DNA of 64,000 nt from an uncultured Methanoregulaceae archaeon (GCA_963701095.1 OY969564.1:416001-480000); one strand, 5' to 3'; counted from the stretch's first letter, positions 30,897 to 42,117 are shown. The notes: generated by a model from the letters alone, not told the origin. Made by a program: numbers and translations.

Positions 30897-32252
30897 ATGT
30901 CAAAGATACTTGTTGTAGATGATGAAGCGCTTATTGCAATGCGCCTCGAAGAACGTCTAAGCAGTCTGGGATATACCGTTGTAGGCATGGCAGCCTCCGG
31001 AGAGGATGCAATTGATAAGGCACGAAGTACTCGACCAGATCTTGTTTTGATGGATATCGTTATGCCGGGAAGGATGAATGGGATCGATTCAGCAAAAATT
31101 ATATCAGATGAACTGGATATTCCGGTTGTTTTTATCACCGCATATGCCGACGACGAAATAATCAAAAAAGCAAAAAGTGTCCGACCGTATGGATATATTG
31201 TAAAACCCATCAATGAGCTCGAAATTAAGGCCGCCATTGAAGTGGCGCTGTTCCGGAAATCGGAAGAACAGGATCTGCAGAAATTACAAAAAATGGGTCG
31301 GGAAAACATTTCAACGGAGATGGTAACCTCCCAGAGTGCAGATGAAAGTCTTACTTACCTTGATATAACTGAAGAGAAAACCGTTCTATTAACAGATATT
31401 TTTACAGAAATCGGTTTATTTCTCTATACAGACCCTGATGCAAAAGAATCCATATTTAAATTTGTATTGGAAGAGGGAATAAAAAAGCGAGGACGCACAT
31501 TATTTTCTTACTCCAAGTCAACGATTCCGAAATATTTCCAAAATGAGATCCGGAAAAAGGAACTCTATACGTTCCGAATAAGAAGAAAAGAAGTTTATAA
31601 CCTTTTACCTATCCTTGAAAAATGTACCCAATCCCTATCGGACGATCCATCTCCAACAGCATCATTACAGATCCTTCTCGATTTTTCTGAACCTGAAGAG
31701 TTCGAAGATATTCTTTCTATCAAGGATTTGCTTCTTTCAAAAAAGAAGAATATGATCCCCGTATCAGGAATCATTGCCGTGAATATCGGGAATATGGATC
31801 ATCAACTGATAGCATCTTTGGCTGCAGGTATTCCCAAGATCATTGTTTCTACTGGTAAAGAGACCACTTTTTCATTCGCTCATAATTCATTTCCCGCAAA
31901 ATCCGTTTCCGTTGTTCCTCAGTCAACTATTGATTGCGTTATAAAAAAATCACTGGAGCCAGTAGTTCTTTCACTACTGGAAAAACCGATGTCCGGGTAT
32001 GATATCGTTCATGAGATTCAAAGGAGATATAAAGTCCTCATTCCGCAGGCAAGAGTTTACACCATCCTTCATGATCTTTTGAAGGACGGTTATCTTGAAG
32101 TTGAAGTTTCGGGAAAATCTAAATTGTTTTGTCTTACTGAAAAAGGAAAAAAACACGTCAGCCAGAGACTGAACGAGTTCAGGTTAGTTTTCTGGCATAT
32201 TTTAGGAGATGGGAATGAAATAAACGCTGGGATTGAAAATCAAAATCAATGA
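30897..32252 (+). CDS. Response regulator: REC - unknown domain - PadR-type winged helix
   Basis: Intact receiver (VVDDE...MDI.MP...ITAY...KP) and C-terminal VLSLLEKPMSGYDIVHEIQRRYKVLIPQARVYTILHDL...LTEKGK. Confidence 0.88.
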   Translation: MSKILVVDDEALIAMRLEERLSSLGYTVVGMAASGEDAIDKARSTRPDLVLMDIVMPGRMNGIDSAKIISDELDIPVVFITAYADDEIIKKAKSVRPYGYIVKPINELEIKAAIEVALFRKSEEQDLQKLQKMGRENISTEMVTSQSADESLTYLDITEEKTVLLTDIFTEIGLFLYTDPDAKESIFKFVLEEGIKKRGRTLFSYSKSTIPKYFQNEIRKKELYTFRIRRKEVYNLLPILEKCTQSLSDDPSPTASLQILLDFSEPEEFEDILSIKDLLLSKKKNMIPVSGIIAVNIGNMDHQLIASLAAGIPKIIVSTGKETTFSFAHNSFPAKSVSVVPQSTIDCVIKKSLEPVVLSLLEKPMSGYDIVHEIQRRYKVLIPQARVYTILHDLLKDGYLEVEVSGKSKLFCLTEKGKKHVSQRLNEFRLVFWHILGDGNEINAGIENQNQ

Positions 32253-32362
32253 AAAGGGCATTCATAAAAACCAGAATAAACGATAAATGGAAGTTTAGAA
32301 TAATGCTAGCATCAAATCTCTTTTTCTCTTTTTTCTCTTGAAATGTCTCATTCTTAAAAACG

Positions 32363-32397
32363 TAGCAATATTTGCAATACCTCGTCAGGTATATCTT
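32363..32397 (+). promoter_or_regulatory. Shared upstream element plus TATA-like box (site F)
   Basis: TAGCAATATTTGCAA-N12-TATATCTT. Confidence 0.5.
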
Positions 32398-32789
32398 CTA
32401 TCATAAAGATGTAGTCTCCGGGTATAGTGTTGCCCACGGGAGGTAGATTACCATCTTTATGAGAAGAATGCCGAATTCAACTCAGTTGAGGCTGTTAATC
32501 CTCATCTGAATAACGCATGCGGACAGACGATAGTGGAATCATAGGTAAAGGCCGCTTCGTTCGTTGCTGTCCATAAGAACCTCTAAATTACATCATAAAA
32601 AGAGCCTTAAAAAATATGGCTCAAGAAAAATAGTGGCGTTGTGGCATTTAGAAGTCGAATTATAAGCCCGATAACTGATTGGGGTTATTTATACCCCTTT
32701 TTCGAGCTTCAAACTGATGAAAACCAATTAAAAAATGGATGTTACCTAAAAAATATGTAGTCTATAAAAAGTTAACCGGGCGCAGGAAT

Positions 32790-33086
32790 ATGAAAACAGA
32801 AAATTCTAAAAAAATCAAACCGGAAAAAACTACCGAACCAGAAACAACATTCATAGATGATGGAAAATTCCTCCGCATACGTACAGAACTGCCAGGCATT
32901 GCCGAAGAAAAAATCAAAATCGCCCTTGAAAACCGTTCAACTTCAATAACTATTTTAGCTATTAACTCCGTGATACAATACAAAAAAGTAATTAATATCC
33001 CCGGTGAAGTAAGGTTTAGTAAAAAGCGTTTCGCAGAAGGTGTCTTGGAATTAACCCTGGAAAAAATTGATTCTAATATTCCCTGA
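32790..33086 (+). CDS. Hsp20/alpha-crystallin-like small protein
   Basis: ELPGI.EEKIKI and F..GVLELTLEK motifs. Confidence 0.75.
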   Translation: MKTENSKKIKPEKTTEPETTFIDDGKFLRIRTELPGIAEEKIKIALENRSTSITILAINSVIQYKKVINIPGEVRFSKKRFAEGVLELTLEKIDSNIP

Positions 33087-33175
33087 GCCTTTATCCAAAA
33101 ATTCCCAAAACCTCTTAAAAAAGAAGGCATATTACTTAAAATTCGGATAGAATCTTGTCTGTAATAAATATTTGT

Positions 33176-33757
33176 TCACACGATTCGGGATAGAATACCG
33201 GTTCTCAGATCATAGTAAATTCCGTAGATTTTAATTTTCTCTTCATCTGTAGCTTTTTTTACGAAGGGATACGCGATTAGGTGCTCTATTTGGAGACGAA
33301 CATTTTCCATTTCGATCTGCTTCCATCGCTCTTCCATCTGTTCCTTCGTCCTTGGCGGCGCAATCCACGAATCCACGCGATTTTTCGCCTCGCGAGCTTC
33401 GTTAAGCCAGAGAGGGATGTATGCATCCTGCAGATTCTGGTCGAGAGCCCTGATTGCATCGCAATCTGAATGACCACAGACGACAATATCTTCGACGTTC
33501 AAATGGACAATCGCATATTCTAGTACGGATGCAAAGTTCCAGTCATGATTTGGGGCAATATTTCCCATATTGCGATGAATATAGAGTGTCCCGGGGGGTG
33601 CATCGGTTATATGCCCTGTCTGGATTCTCGCATCAGAACAACCGATCCAGAGAACTTTCGGTTTTTCGCCTTCTATGAGCTCACGATACTGAGAAATATT
33701 CTCTATAAAAAAGGTCTCCTGGAATCTTTTGTTTCCCTGAAATAGTTCTTCTATCAT
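33176..33757 (-). CDS. Beta-class carbonic anhydrase
   Basis: GCSDAR, HRNMGN, LEYAI..L and CGHSDC zinc-ligand motifs. Confidence 0.93.
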   Translation of the reverse strand: MIEELFQGNKRFQETFFIENISQYRELIEGEKPKVLWIGCSDARIQTGHITDAPPGTLYIHRNMGNIAPNHDWNFASVLEYAIVHLNVEDIVVCGHSDCDAIRALDQNLQDAYIPLWLNEAREAKNRVDSWIAPPRTKEQMEERWKQIEMENVRLQIEHLIAYPFVKKATDEEKIKIYGIYYDLRTGILSRIV

Positions 33758-33873
33758 ATTACAACCCCTTAATTTTCGATTGTTTCAGTAGGATAGGTGA
33801 TGATCGTACCTGACTAAAAGAGCTTCGCATATTACTTAATTCTTACAAGAGACCCCGGGACATTTTAAAAATA

Positions 33874-35064
33874 TTATTCGGCTCTCAGTGCATCGATCGG
33901 ATCCATATTCGAGGCAGCCCAGGCAGGGTACATTCCGGATACGACGCAGACCACGACCCCGATAATTATCCCGTAGGGGATATAAATCAGGCTTGCCGGT
34001 TGGAAAAAATACGCGGTGGAACCCGTCATGGCACCTACGACGGTATATCCGATGATAAAGCTCATAATGCCTCCTACCCCCGCACCGATAAGGCCAAGGA
34101 TAAGCGCCTCGTACAGGAACATCCTGCGAACCTCGCCTTTCTCAGTCCCGATAGAGAGGAGGATACCAATCTCCTGGACCCGCTCCTTAACCGACATCAT
34201 CATGACATTGAAGATACTTACGGCAGCGACGACAAGTGAGATTCCACCGATTGCCGTTATAAATGTGGTAATTGTTCCAAGGGTGCTTGTAATGCTTGAC
34301 AAACGGGAACTGGCATCGGTAACTCGTACCACGTCGCTGTTCCTGTTTACTTTTGCGTTAATTGCCGCTTCGGTAGTGTTGATGGTGGAAACATCTCCCA
34401 CAATCACGTTAACCTGATCATACTGGTCCAGACCCCCGAACTCATTTGTGTACCAGGAGTCATCGACGACCATACCATTATCGACATTGACGCCGTCTGT
34501 CGCAATCCCCCGTGCTACAAGAATACCAGCGACCCTGACAACCGGACGCGTAATGGTAGCACATTTCTCACCGATTTGAATGGTATCCCCGGGAACCAGG
34601 TTGAAGGTGGTGGCAAGGGTTGCACCTGCAAGAACGTCACTGCCCCGGATATTCGAACCTTGCGCTATGGTAAGGAATTTTGGGACGTCGGTGGGATTGA
34701 GCCCATAGATCGTTCCCCGACCATTCTGGTCGCCGATACTAAACTGGATACTCGTACGGTGAATCGGTATCACGGTATTCTGTCCAACGGAACTTCGGAT
34801 ATCGTTGAGGGTGCTCGAATCTATAGTACTTGACGGCGGTGCGGCTCCAAGACCGGTGCCCACTTTCACGACATCGGAAGTGAGGATAATCGTGTTGACA
34901 CCCGCCGATAGCTGATCCTTTACTGAGAGCGACAGGTTAGCCCCGAGCATGCCCATAGATGAGATAGCAACAACACCGATAACGATCCCGATAGAGGCAA
35001 GAATCGAACGCAGGAAATTCAGCCGGACACTTCTAACCGATAGATCGAAAAAAATGTCTCTCAT
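33874..35064 (-). CDS. ABC transporter permease, MacB/FtsX type
   Basis: RS.LA..GIVIGV, MMMSVKER..EIGIL and YPAW.AS.MDPIDALR motifs. Confidence 0.93.
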   Translation of the reverse strand: MRDIFFDLSVRSVRLNFLRSILASIGIVIGVVAISSMGMLGANLSLSVKDQLSAGVNTIILTSDVVKVGTGLGAAPPSSTIDSSTLNDIRSSVGQNTVIPIHRTSIQFSIGDQNGRGTIYGLNPTDVPKFLTIAQGSNIRGSDVLAGATLATTFNLVPGDTIQIGEKCATITRPVVRVAGILVARGIATDGVNVDNGMVVDDSWYTNEFGGLDQYDQVNVIVGDVSTINTTEAAINAKVNRNSDVVRVTDASSRLSSITSTLGTITTFITAIGGISLVVAAVSIFNVMMMSVKERVQEIGILLSIGTEKGEVRRMFLYEALILGLIGAGVGGIMSFIIGYTVVGAMTGSTAYFFQPASLIYIPYGIIIGVVVCVVSGMYPAWAASNMDPIDALRAE

Positions 35065-35741
35065 GATGCCACAATCCTTCCGTCAGCGAGCCGGATTATC
35101 CGCTGTGCGTTTGCTGCAATATTCGGATCATGCGTCACAATAATAACCGTCTTTCCCTTCCGGTGAAGGTCAGTCAGGATCTCCATAATCTGGAGCCCGG
35201 TCTTGCTATCAAGATTCCCGGTGGGTTCATCACAGATAAGGATCTTTGGCTCGTTTACTAGGGCTCGTGCAATGGCTACCCGCTGCTGCTGTCCTCCGGA
35301 TAGTTGATTAGGACGATGGGCACCCATGACAGGATCAATACCCACCGCTTTAAGGTATTCGGCTGCCTTTCCGGTCGTGTCCCTCTTTTTATACTTGAGT
35401 ATAAGAGGGTACTCCACGTTTTCGTATGCAGAAAGGAGAGGTATGAGATAAAATTTCTGGAAAACATATCCGATGACGTCCCGGCGCATGTGTGTCCGTT
35501 CGATGCTTGACATTTTCGCCACATTTCGACCAGCGATATAGAGTTCCCCGGAGGTAGGGACATCGAGAATACCCAACTGGTTCATCATCGTTGATTTGCC
35601 TGATCCGGAAGGTCCCATAATTGCCACAAATTCACCCTCCTCTATATCGAGAGATACGTGATCGAGCGCGGTAAAGTCGCCACTTTCCAGGTGATAGGTT
35701 TTTGTGACATCGGTAAGCCGGATGAGTGGCTCATCGGTCAT
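35061..35741 (-). CDS. ABC transporter ATP-binding protein, LolD/MacB type
   Basis: [26 protein letters not shown] and VTHD motifs. Confidence 0.95.
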   Translation of the reverse strand: MTDEPLIRLTDVTKTYHLESGDFTALDHVSLDIEEGEFVAIMGPSGSGKSTMMNQLGILDVPTSGELYIAGRNVAKMSSIERTHMRRDVIGYVFQKFYLIPLLSAYENVEYPLILKYKKRDTTGKAAEYLKAVGIDPVMGAHRPNQLSGGQQQRVAIARALVNEPKILICDEPTGNLDSKTGLQIMEILTDLHRKGKTVIIVTHDPNIAANAQRIIRLADGRIVAS

Positions 35742-37125
35742 GTTTGCTTACCTAGGTCTTTTTTCCTAATTTTCCCCATGATCCATTTCCTCTTCACATA
35801 GAGAATCACAACGACAACAAATACAATGCCCCCGATAATGATCGGGTAGAACGCACTCAGGCCACCGCCCCGGCCGCCACCAAACAGTCCGCCAACTCCC
35901 CCACCACCGCCGCCAGTGTAAGAGCCAGTCCCAGCCGTGGATCCTGTTCCTCCTGAACTGGTTCGTGTGCCAGAGGTGCCGGTGGTACCTGAAGATGTGA
36001 GCGAACGCAGGTCAAATGTCTGTACCTGAACTCAGATTGTTGCCACTATCATCCTTCCATACTGTTGTGATAGGAATGGCCGCGAGAGAGGATGCGGTAA
36101 AGGTGAGTGTAAAACTGGAGAAATCATTCGACGTCAATGAACCGACTGCATAATTGGAATATGGCTCCACCGGTGTTGCCGGTGCCCCAACAGACACTAC
36201 CACCCCGTTTGCATCGGTTATCCCCGTATTGGTCACGTCACCAGTCAAAGTGTATACGCCATTCGCGTTAGTGAGTGCCAGATCGTTTATATCAGTTGAC
36301 GCGGCGGTTAAGCTTGAACCGATATTGAGCGGAAGGACAACAGTATCCGAGTGTGGGTTCTGGACTATCTGCCCATTGCTGTATTGGATATTGAAAGTAA
36401 CATTAGACACCTGATAGGGCGTAATGGCAAACGGTACATTCATAGAACTGCCACCGGGTAACGAAGAGATAAAGGACTGGCGTGGGTCGATATCAAAACC
36501 TGAACCGGAAGGCGTTATTATGACATTACTGATGGCTCCTCCGCGAGGATTGGTGATGGTCAGGTTTACAGTATCCGGATTGTTGATGGCAAAATTACCT
36601 GGTCGCTGCGAAATCGCTTCTACAATTGGTGTTGAATCTTCCTGAACTTCTATGGGATAGGTTAAGTCTGTTGCCCCCGAGGGATGCCACACTGAATTCA
36701 GGGTAATATATTCCATCAGGCGGTTTTGCGACAACCTTAAATGTATAGGTAAATGAATTTCCGGGCCCGAGGTAGGTCTGACCCTGGTAGGGGTTGAGAG
36801 TTTCATCCGGGATATAGATATTCTGGGAGTTGAGAATGTCTGCGTGTTCAAATGCAACTTCCTGGGAACCGGAGTTTGTCAAGGTAACCGATATGATTCC
36901 CTGATCATAGGAGTAGAATTCCTGTGGATCTACGACTACAGAACTCACATAGACCTGGGAAAGGGCCTGATCTGGATTGAGTGTCGTTGTGGACGCACTG
37001 GCAGAACTTGTCCCGGAAGAACTGCTGGTACTTATCGATGAGCTGCCACCAGCTGCACTTACGGTACCAACCGTCAGGAAAATTATAAGAATACCAATTA
37101 TGGCAGTAAACGGTTTCATATACAC
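35738..37125 (-). CDS. Secreted S-layer-like protein (COG1361-like) with Gly-rich linker and C-terminal TM; split by two apparent +1 frameshifts (about 36667 and 36026)
   Basis: ORFs 36595..37125 and 36012..36857 join, then continue QTFDLRSLTSSG...FYPIIIGGIVFVVVVILYVKRKW...KQT* with an ATGA overlap onto the ATPase. Confidence 0.8.
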
Positions 37126-37270
37126 TCCGTCTCTAAATTGTCATCCTCGTATTACCGACTGTGAATATGAATGTCTGAATGTGATACAAATTCGTGAGTC
37201 TTGTGCCAATGCCATATTGAATCTCCAGCCCAGTATGAGAATAACCTCTTAATAGAAGATTTCACGAATA

Positions 37271-37315
37271 TCAGAAATTGCAACGTTTTTTGCAACAAAG
37301 GCACAGGATTATCTA
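37271..37315 (+). promoter_or_regulatory. Shared upstream element plus TATA-like box (site G)
   Basis: TCAGAAATTGCAACGTTTTTTGCAA-N12-ATTATCTA. Confidence 0.5.
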
Positions 37316-37407
37316 TCATAGTTCAATATGGTTACCTGATCTAGCAGAGGTAAAATTGGAAATTTATCGTTATCTTGTACAGAACAACATTTCCGGGGAC
37401 AGGCCTA

Positions 37408-38271
37408 ATGGACAACAATTCAGGTGATGAACATATTTTTGAAACGGTAGGAAAATGCCGTATAAAGGTGCATAACGGGCAGGTGGTGGAGATCGGTGAA
37501 CCCCGGATAAAAGACTGTCCCCTGGCGAAACGGTTTGAAATTCCTGTTGATGAAATATCAAAAAAAGCGATAAAAAAAACTATTGAACAGAGGATCCGCT
37601 CATTTGGAATGTGTACGGCACGCCGGAAGGTGATCTCTGATCGAGAGTTCTTTGGATTTGCCCCTGCAGAGCTACTTGCATGTGGACTACGTAGCGGAAT
37701 GTTTGATGCCGCCATTTGCAATTGCGACGGGGCAGGAACACTCATTATCACTAATCCGGCTATGGTACTGGGGATAAGTGGCTTGTTGTCCGGGCTCATT
37801 TCGACGTCACCGATCCCCGAGGTAATAGATAGAATTGAGCAATATGGCGGCGTTGTTTTTGACCGGGTTGGCGCCAGCCTCGATCCTTTGGGAGCAACAA
37901 TTGTCGCACAAAAGATGGGTTTTTCCCGTATTGCTATCCCGGTCTCAGATCCTGATATTGCAGAAAATATCCGAACCTATTATCCCGGTGCTTTTATTTT
38001 CGGTGTTCATATGAGCGGGATTGCCGAAGAGGATGCCCAACGTATGGTAGGTGTTTCAGATCTCGTCACCGGTTGTGCATCGAAAACCATCAGGTCAATT
38101 GCCGGAAAAAAGGCACTCCTCCAGGTGGGAGCAGTTATACCTATTTTTGCTTTGACCCCTCTTGGAAAGGAGCTTATTATGAAAAGAGTCCTTGAAGCCG
38201 ATGAAAAATTTTTCCTTAAGCCCACTACCTTCCCGGTAGTATGCGACAATCAGCCAGAACCTCTTTTATGA
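37408..38271 (+). CDS. Methanogenesis marker 8 protein (DUF2099-like)
   Basis: DEHI.E..G, CPL, RI.SFGMCT..R, CDGAGT, SGL..TSPI.EVI and CASK.IR motifs. Confidence 0.85.
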   Translation: MDNNSGDEHIFETVGKCRIKVHNGQVVEIGEPRIKDCPLAKRFEIPVDEISKKAIKKTIEQRIRSFGMCTARRKVISDREFFGFAPAELLACGLRSGMFDAAICNCDGAGTLIITNPAMVLGISGLLSGLISTSPIPEVIDRIEQYGGVVFDRVGASLDPLGATIVAQKMGFSRIAIPVSDPDIAENIRTYYPGAFIFGVHMSGIAEEDAQRMVGVSDLVTGCASKTIRSIAGKKALLQVGAVIPIFALTPLGKELIMKRVLEADEKFFLKPTTFPVVCDNQPEPLL

Positions 38272-38312
38272 CAAAGGTCTGCTCATGGTTCAAAACCAGT
38301 TTCGAAAATTAA

Positions 38313-38347
38313 TTGCAATAAATGCAATAATCGGGATATTATATCAC
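38313..38347 (+). promoter_or_regulatory. Shared upstream element plus TATA-like box (site H)
   Basis: TTGCAATAAATGCAA-N12-TATATCAC. Confidence 0.55.
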
Positions 38348-38424
38348 TTGACGGAAATCAATGCAGTTAAGAGCGGAATATAGACTGCTGCGTGTTCACG
38401 ATTGAAAGGAAGGGATAACTCCTC

Positions 38425-39411
38425 ATGACTATTGCACTTCATATCGATAACCTGACCAAGCGATTCAACGAACTGGTTGCTGTGGACAAAATATCACTTG
38501 ATATCGATCACGGAGAGATTTTTGGGCTGCTTGGTCCCAATGGCGCCGGGAAAACAACAACAATATCCATGCTGTCAACTATGCTCAAACCTACGTCCGG
38601 TTCAGCGACGGTTAATGGCATCGATATCGAACGTAACGAGGATGGAGTGAGAAAATCCATAGGGATCGTCTTCCAGGACCAGAGTCTCGATGAAGAACTG
38701 ACTGCCTGGGAAAATATGGATTTTCATGGACGTCTTTACCGTGTCCCCGCAGATCTACGTAAGCAACGGATTACAGAGCTACTCAACCTTGTCGAGTTGG
38801 AAAACCGGAAAGACGACATCGTAAAAACATTTTCCGGAGGAATGAGGCGTCGTCTGGAAATTGCCCGTGGACTTCTCCACCACCCTGCGGTCCTCTTCCT
38901 TGATGAACCTACGTTGGGCCTTGACCCTCAGACCCGAAATCATCTCTGGCAATACATTGCCACCTTGGCCAAAGAGAAGGGAATTACCATCATCCTGACG
39001 ACGCATTACATGGAAGAAGCCGACCAGTTATGCAACCGGGTTGCTATTATCGATCATGGTAAGATCATTGCTCTTGATGCTCCAAAAAACCTCAAAGATG
39101 GAATTGGCGGGGATGTAGTGACGATCAGATCACCAGACCCGGCTGCTGTGGTTGCAGCCCTGAGCGAACCTTGGATCACCCGCGTGGAACAGCATAATGA
39201 TGAAGTAGTTATCAACCTGAAAAATGCCGAACAGCACATTAGTGCTATCGTAACTCTGCTCAACTCAAAACAAGTCTCTATCGAATCCCTTGCCATCCAT
39301 AAACCAACTCTAGAAGACGTGTTTCTCTTTTTTACTGGAAAAACGATCCGTGATGAAGAGGCTGACCATAAAACCAACATGCGGATGTACCAGCGGATGG
39401 TGAGGCATTAA
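38425..39411 (+). CDS. ABC exporter ATP-binding protein, DrrA-like
   Basis: GPNGAGKTT, FSGGMRRRLEIA, LDEPT.GLDP and THYMEEA motifs. Confidence 0.95.
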   Translation: MTIALHIDNLTKRFNELVAVDKISLDIDHGEIFGLLGPNGAGKTTTISMLSTMLKPTSGSATVNGIDIERNEDGVRKSIGIVFQDQSLDEELTAWENMDFHGRLYRVPADLRKQRITELLNLVELENRKDDIVKTFSGGMRRRLEIARGLLHHPAVLFLDEPTLGLDPQTRNHLWQYIATLAKEKGITIILTTHYMEEADQLCNRVAIIDHGKIIALDAPKNLKDGIGGDVVTIRSPDPAAVVAALSEPWITRVEQHNDEVVINLKNAEQHISAIVTLLNSKQVSIESLAIHKPTLEDVFLFFTGKTIRDEEADHKTNMRMYQRMVRH

Positions 39412-39413
39412 TC

Positions 39414-40163
39414 ATGGACATTGTATATGCCATCTGGCTCAGGAATATGAAACGCTATGTGCGATCCAAAAGTCGGATCATTGGCAGTATCAGTATGCCG
39501 CTCTTCTTCCTGCTCTTTTTGGGCTTTGGATTGAATTCCGTGGTGACATTGCCAGGAATCGGCGGAAACTACATCGTATTCCTGATACCCGGCATCGTAG
39601 CAATGAGTGTACTGTTCACCTCAGTTTTTTCCGGAATCCAAATTATATGGGATAAGCAATTCGGATTTTTGAAAGAAACCCTGGTTGCACCGGTCTCGCG
39701 ACTGGAGATCATGTTAGGCCAGACGCTGGGTGGAGCAACAACAGCAGTACTTCAGGGATTTATGATCCTCATCCTTTCATTATTTATCGGGCTTCACGTA
39801 TCAAATCCAGCTGGTTTTCTCGTGGCTCTTGGATTCATGATCCTTATCGGTATATCATTCACGGCGTTTGGCATTGCGATTGCATCACGTATGGATGACA
39901 TGACAGGTTTCCAGCTTATTATGAATTTTGTTGTTTTCCCCATATTCGGACTGTCTGGTGCTCTTTTTCCAATCAGCTCATTGCCGTCATGGATGGCTCC
40001 GATTACGCTGGTGGATCCGTTGACCTATGGCGTTGAAGGGATCCGTTACGGTCTCACCGGTTCTTCACAGGTTAATCCGCTGATCTGTGTGGCGGTTATC
40101 GGGGGTTTCACGATACTTATGACTATACTCGGGGCATTCCTGTTCAGAAAAATCAGGTTCTGA
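39414..40163 (+). CDS. ABC-2 type permease, DrrB-like
   Basis: Six TM helices; WDKQFGFLKE.LVAP, SGALFP and PLTYGV motifs. Confidence 0.93.
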   Translation: MDIVYAIWLRNMKRYVRSKSRIIGSISMPLFFLLFLGFGLNSVVTLPGIGGNYIVFLIPGIVAMSVLFTSVFSGIQIIWDKQFGFLKETLVAPVSRLEIMLGQTLGGATTAVLQGFMILILSLFIGLHVSNPAGFLVALGFMILIGISFTAFGIAIASRMDDMTGFQLIMNFVVFPIFGLSGALFPISSLPSWMAPITLVDPLTYGVEGIRYGLTGSSQVNPLICVAVIGGFTILMTILGAFLFRKIRF

Positions 40164-40510
40164 ATGAAAAGGATGATGTTTGAAAGAAACAGGAATACGG
40201 ATTAGGTAAAACGATATGGCCGTTGTTGCAAAAGATGTTGCAATTTTTGACTTTGTAGAATCAGCTATTATGTCCCCTCTTCACATGCTGTGCTGGTGAT
40301 CCATTATATCCATCACGAAAATATTTGAAACAAATAATGCATTCATGATCGGGCAAGAAAATTTCCTCCCCATCTCTGGTAAACAGAAAACCCCTGGAAA
40401 TAATCTTTCTCCGACTTTCATGGATGAGGTAAACCTATCAGTACTGAACCGGTTTAAAGAAAAATTCCGATTAACCGGAATTGATGTCAGAACCTTCAGA
40501 ATTCGATGAA

Positions 40511-40804
40511 TTAAAAGTCTTCGATGTATTGCTTGATGACCATGTGAACCTGTCCAAGATCTGCAATGTCCATTGTAAGTTCCTCTGGAGCGAATGGGTT
40601 CGGGCTTACCCGCGCCAGACGTTTCGCTTTCCAAAACTTATCCGCGAAAAAGAATTCAGTGCTATCATCACAGGTAAATAGGGAACAGAGGTTGTCATGT
40701 ATGACCCTTGGTGTGCAGTCGTCTATCCCGGTACAAAGTTCGTTCAGTAACTCTGATGCATCGAAAAACAATCCGGGAACAGATCTTCCTGATTTAACTC
40801 CCAT
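40511..40804 (-). CDS. Hypothetical protein
   Basis: GGTGAG RBS; globular composition. Confidence 0.5.
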   Translation of the reverse strand: MGVKSGRSVPGLFFDASELLNELCTGIDDCTPRVIHDNLCSLFTCDDSTEFFFADKFWKAKRLARVSPNPFAPEELTMDIADLGQVHMVIKQYIEDF

Positions 40805-40909
40805 TATTGAGACTCACCGGGGTTGCGAAGTATTTTGGAAAGCGAGTTTTCAGAGGTGACATCTGAAAGCATATTACGATCTTGAAGGAAAACAACAACG
40901 AGGTTGTGT

Positions 40910-41437
40910 ATGACACCGACTGAAATTGCCAATATCAATGCTTATGCGATTATATTAACCGCTGTCTCCACGATTGTCCTTGCCGTGATAACGACGTTTT
41001 ATGCAACTGAAACGCATAAAATGCAAGTATGGGCAAAGAAACCCATTCTTACTATCCAATGTGATTTCGCTCCCGGAGAGACAGACCGGGCGAGAAAACT
41101 CTTTCTCAGCAACAACGGGCCGGTTGCTCAGGACATCTCAATCAATGTCGATGTAAAGTTGAAAGGCGAGACTGTGACCAAAAAGCTCTACCTTTATTCG
41201 ATGGCTCACAAGGAGCGTGTAGAGATTGTGGATAACATTTTCGAGATCAAGGACAATGGTGGTGAACTTACCGTTAGGATGCGATTTTATGACGCAGATA
41301 TGAAGCTCTATCGTTCGTCAATCGTTGTCGATTTCTCTGAGATGACTGCGGACAGGATTATCACCATACCGGAATCGGCATCCAAAGAGATGTCTGACAT
41401 CGGCGATGCCCTTCTAGAAATTTCCCGAAAACGATAA
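40910..41437 (+). CDS. Hypothetical protein with an N-terminal TM helix
   Basis: GAGGT RBS; ORF track. Confidence 0.65.
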   Translation: MTPTEIANINAYAIILTAVSTIVLAVITTFYATETHKMQVWAKKPILTIQCDFAPGETDRARKLFLSNNGPVAQDISINVDVKLKGETVTKKLYLYSMAHKERVEIVDNIFEIKDNGGELTVRMRFYDADMKLYRSSIVVDFSEMTADRIITIPESASKEMSDIGDALLEISRKR

Positions 41438-41613
41438 GAGAAAGGGGTTATATTTTTTCGTTAATGGAATTGTCCTTTACGATATTGCTGACAATCTTTG
41501 ACACATCACAACGATGTACTATGTAAACTCAAAGAGATGACCATTCCAACCAGATCAGACATTTAAGTCAACATATCCAAATCCAAAATCTTCTTTATTC
41601 AATTGTACTAAAG

Positions 41614-42117
41614 TCAGACCCCATTATTCCCTTTGCCTCCTGGGAATGGGTAATAGTTATCAATAATCGTATACTGTTGGCCCGAGGTCATAGTGACATA
41701 AACAATGACATGGTCGGTTGTTGTAGTCCCCAATAGTGTAACCTGTGCACCGGTTGTGGGGTTAGCTACGGATCCGGTTTCTTCTACTCCATCAGATCGG
41801 ATAACGGTGACGTCCATGTGCTCGACCATACCTAACCCCAAACCCCCGTTGAATGTTGTAATGATCGTTGGATTTTCCGAGATCGAATTACGGCTGACTC
41901 CTATATTGATTGATTCGAAGTCGGGAACGGTCTGGACAGGGCCGGGAGCAGCCGTCAAAGTAGGGGCTACCTCAGTTACTTGGGGGGCTGTGGGCATGGT
42001 AAGCGGCGGAGTAGGAGTTGTTGGTGGAATTACGGATTGATTAGTGCAACCCATGACAAGTGTCAAGGCTAATACGAAGATGATGAGTAAGAATAGTGCC
42101 GAAGCTGATTGTCTCAT
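41614..42117 (-). CDS. Putative lipoprotein with Pro/Thr linker
   Basis: Lipobox-like LVMGC after a hydrophobic stretch. Confidence 0.75.
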   Translation of the reverse strand: MRQSASALFLLIIFVLALTLVMGCTNQSVIPPTTPTPPLTMPTAPQVTEVAPTLTAAPGPVQTVPDFESINIGVSRNSISENPTIITTFNGGLGLGMVEHMDVTVIRSDGVEETGSVANPTTGAQVTLLGTTTTDHVIVYVTMTSGQQYTIIDNYYPFPGGKGNNGV

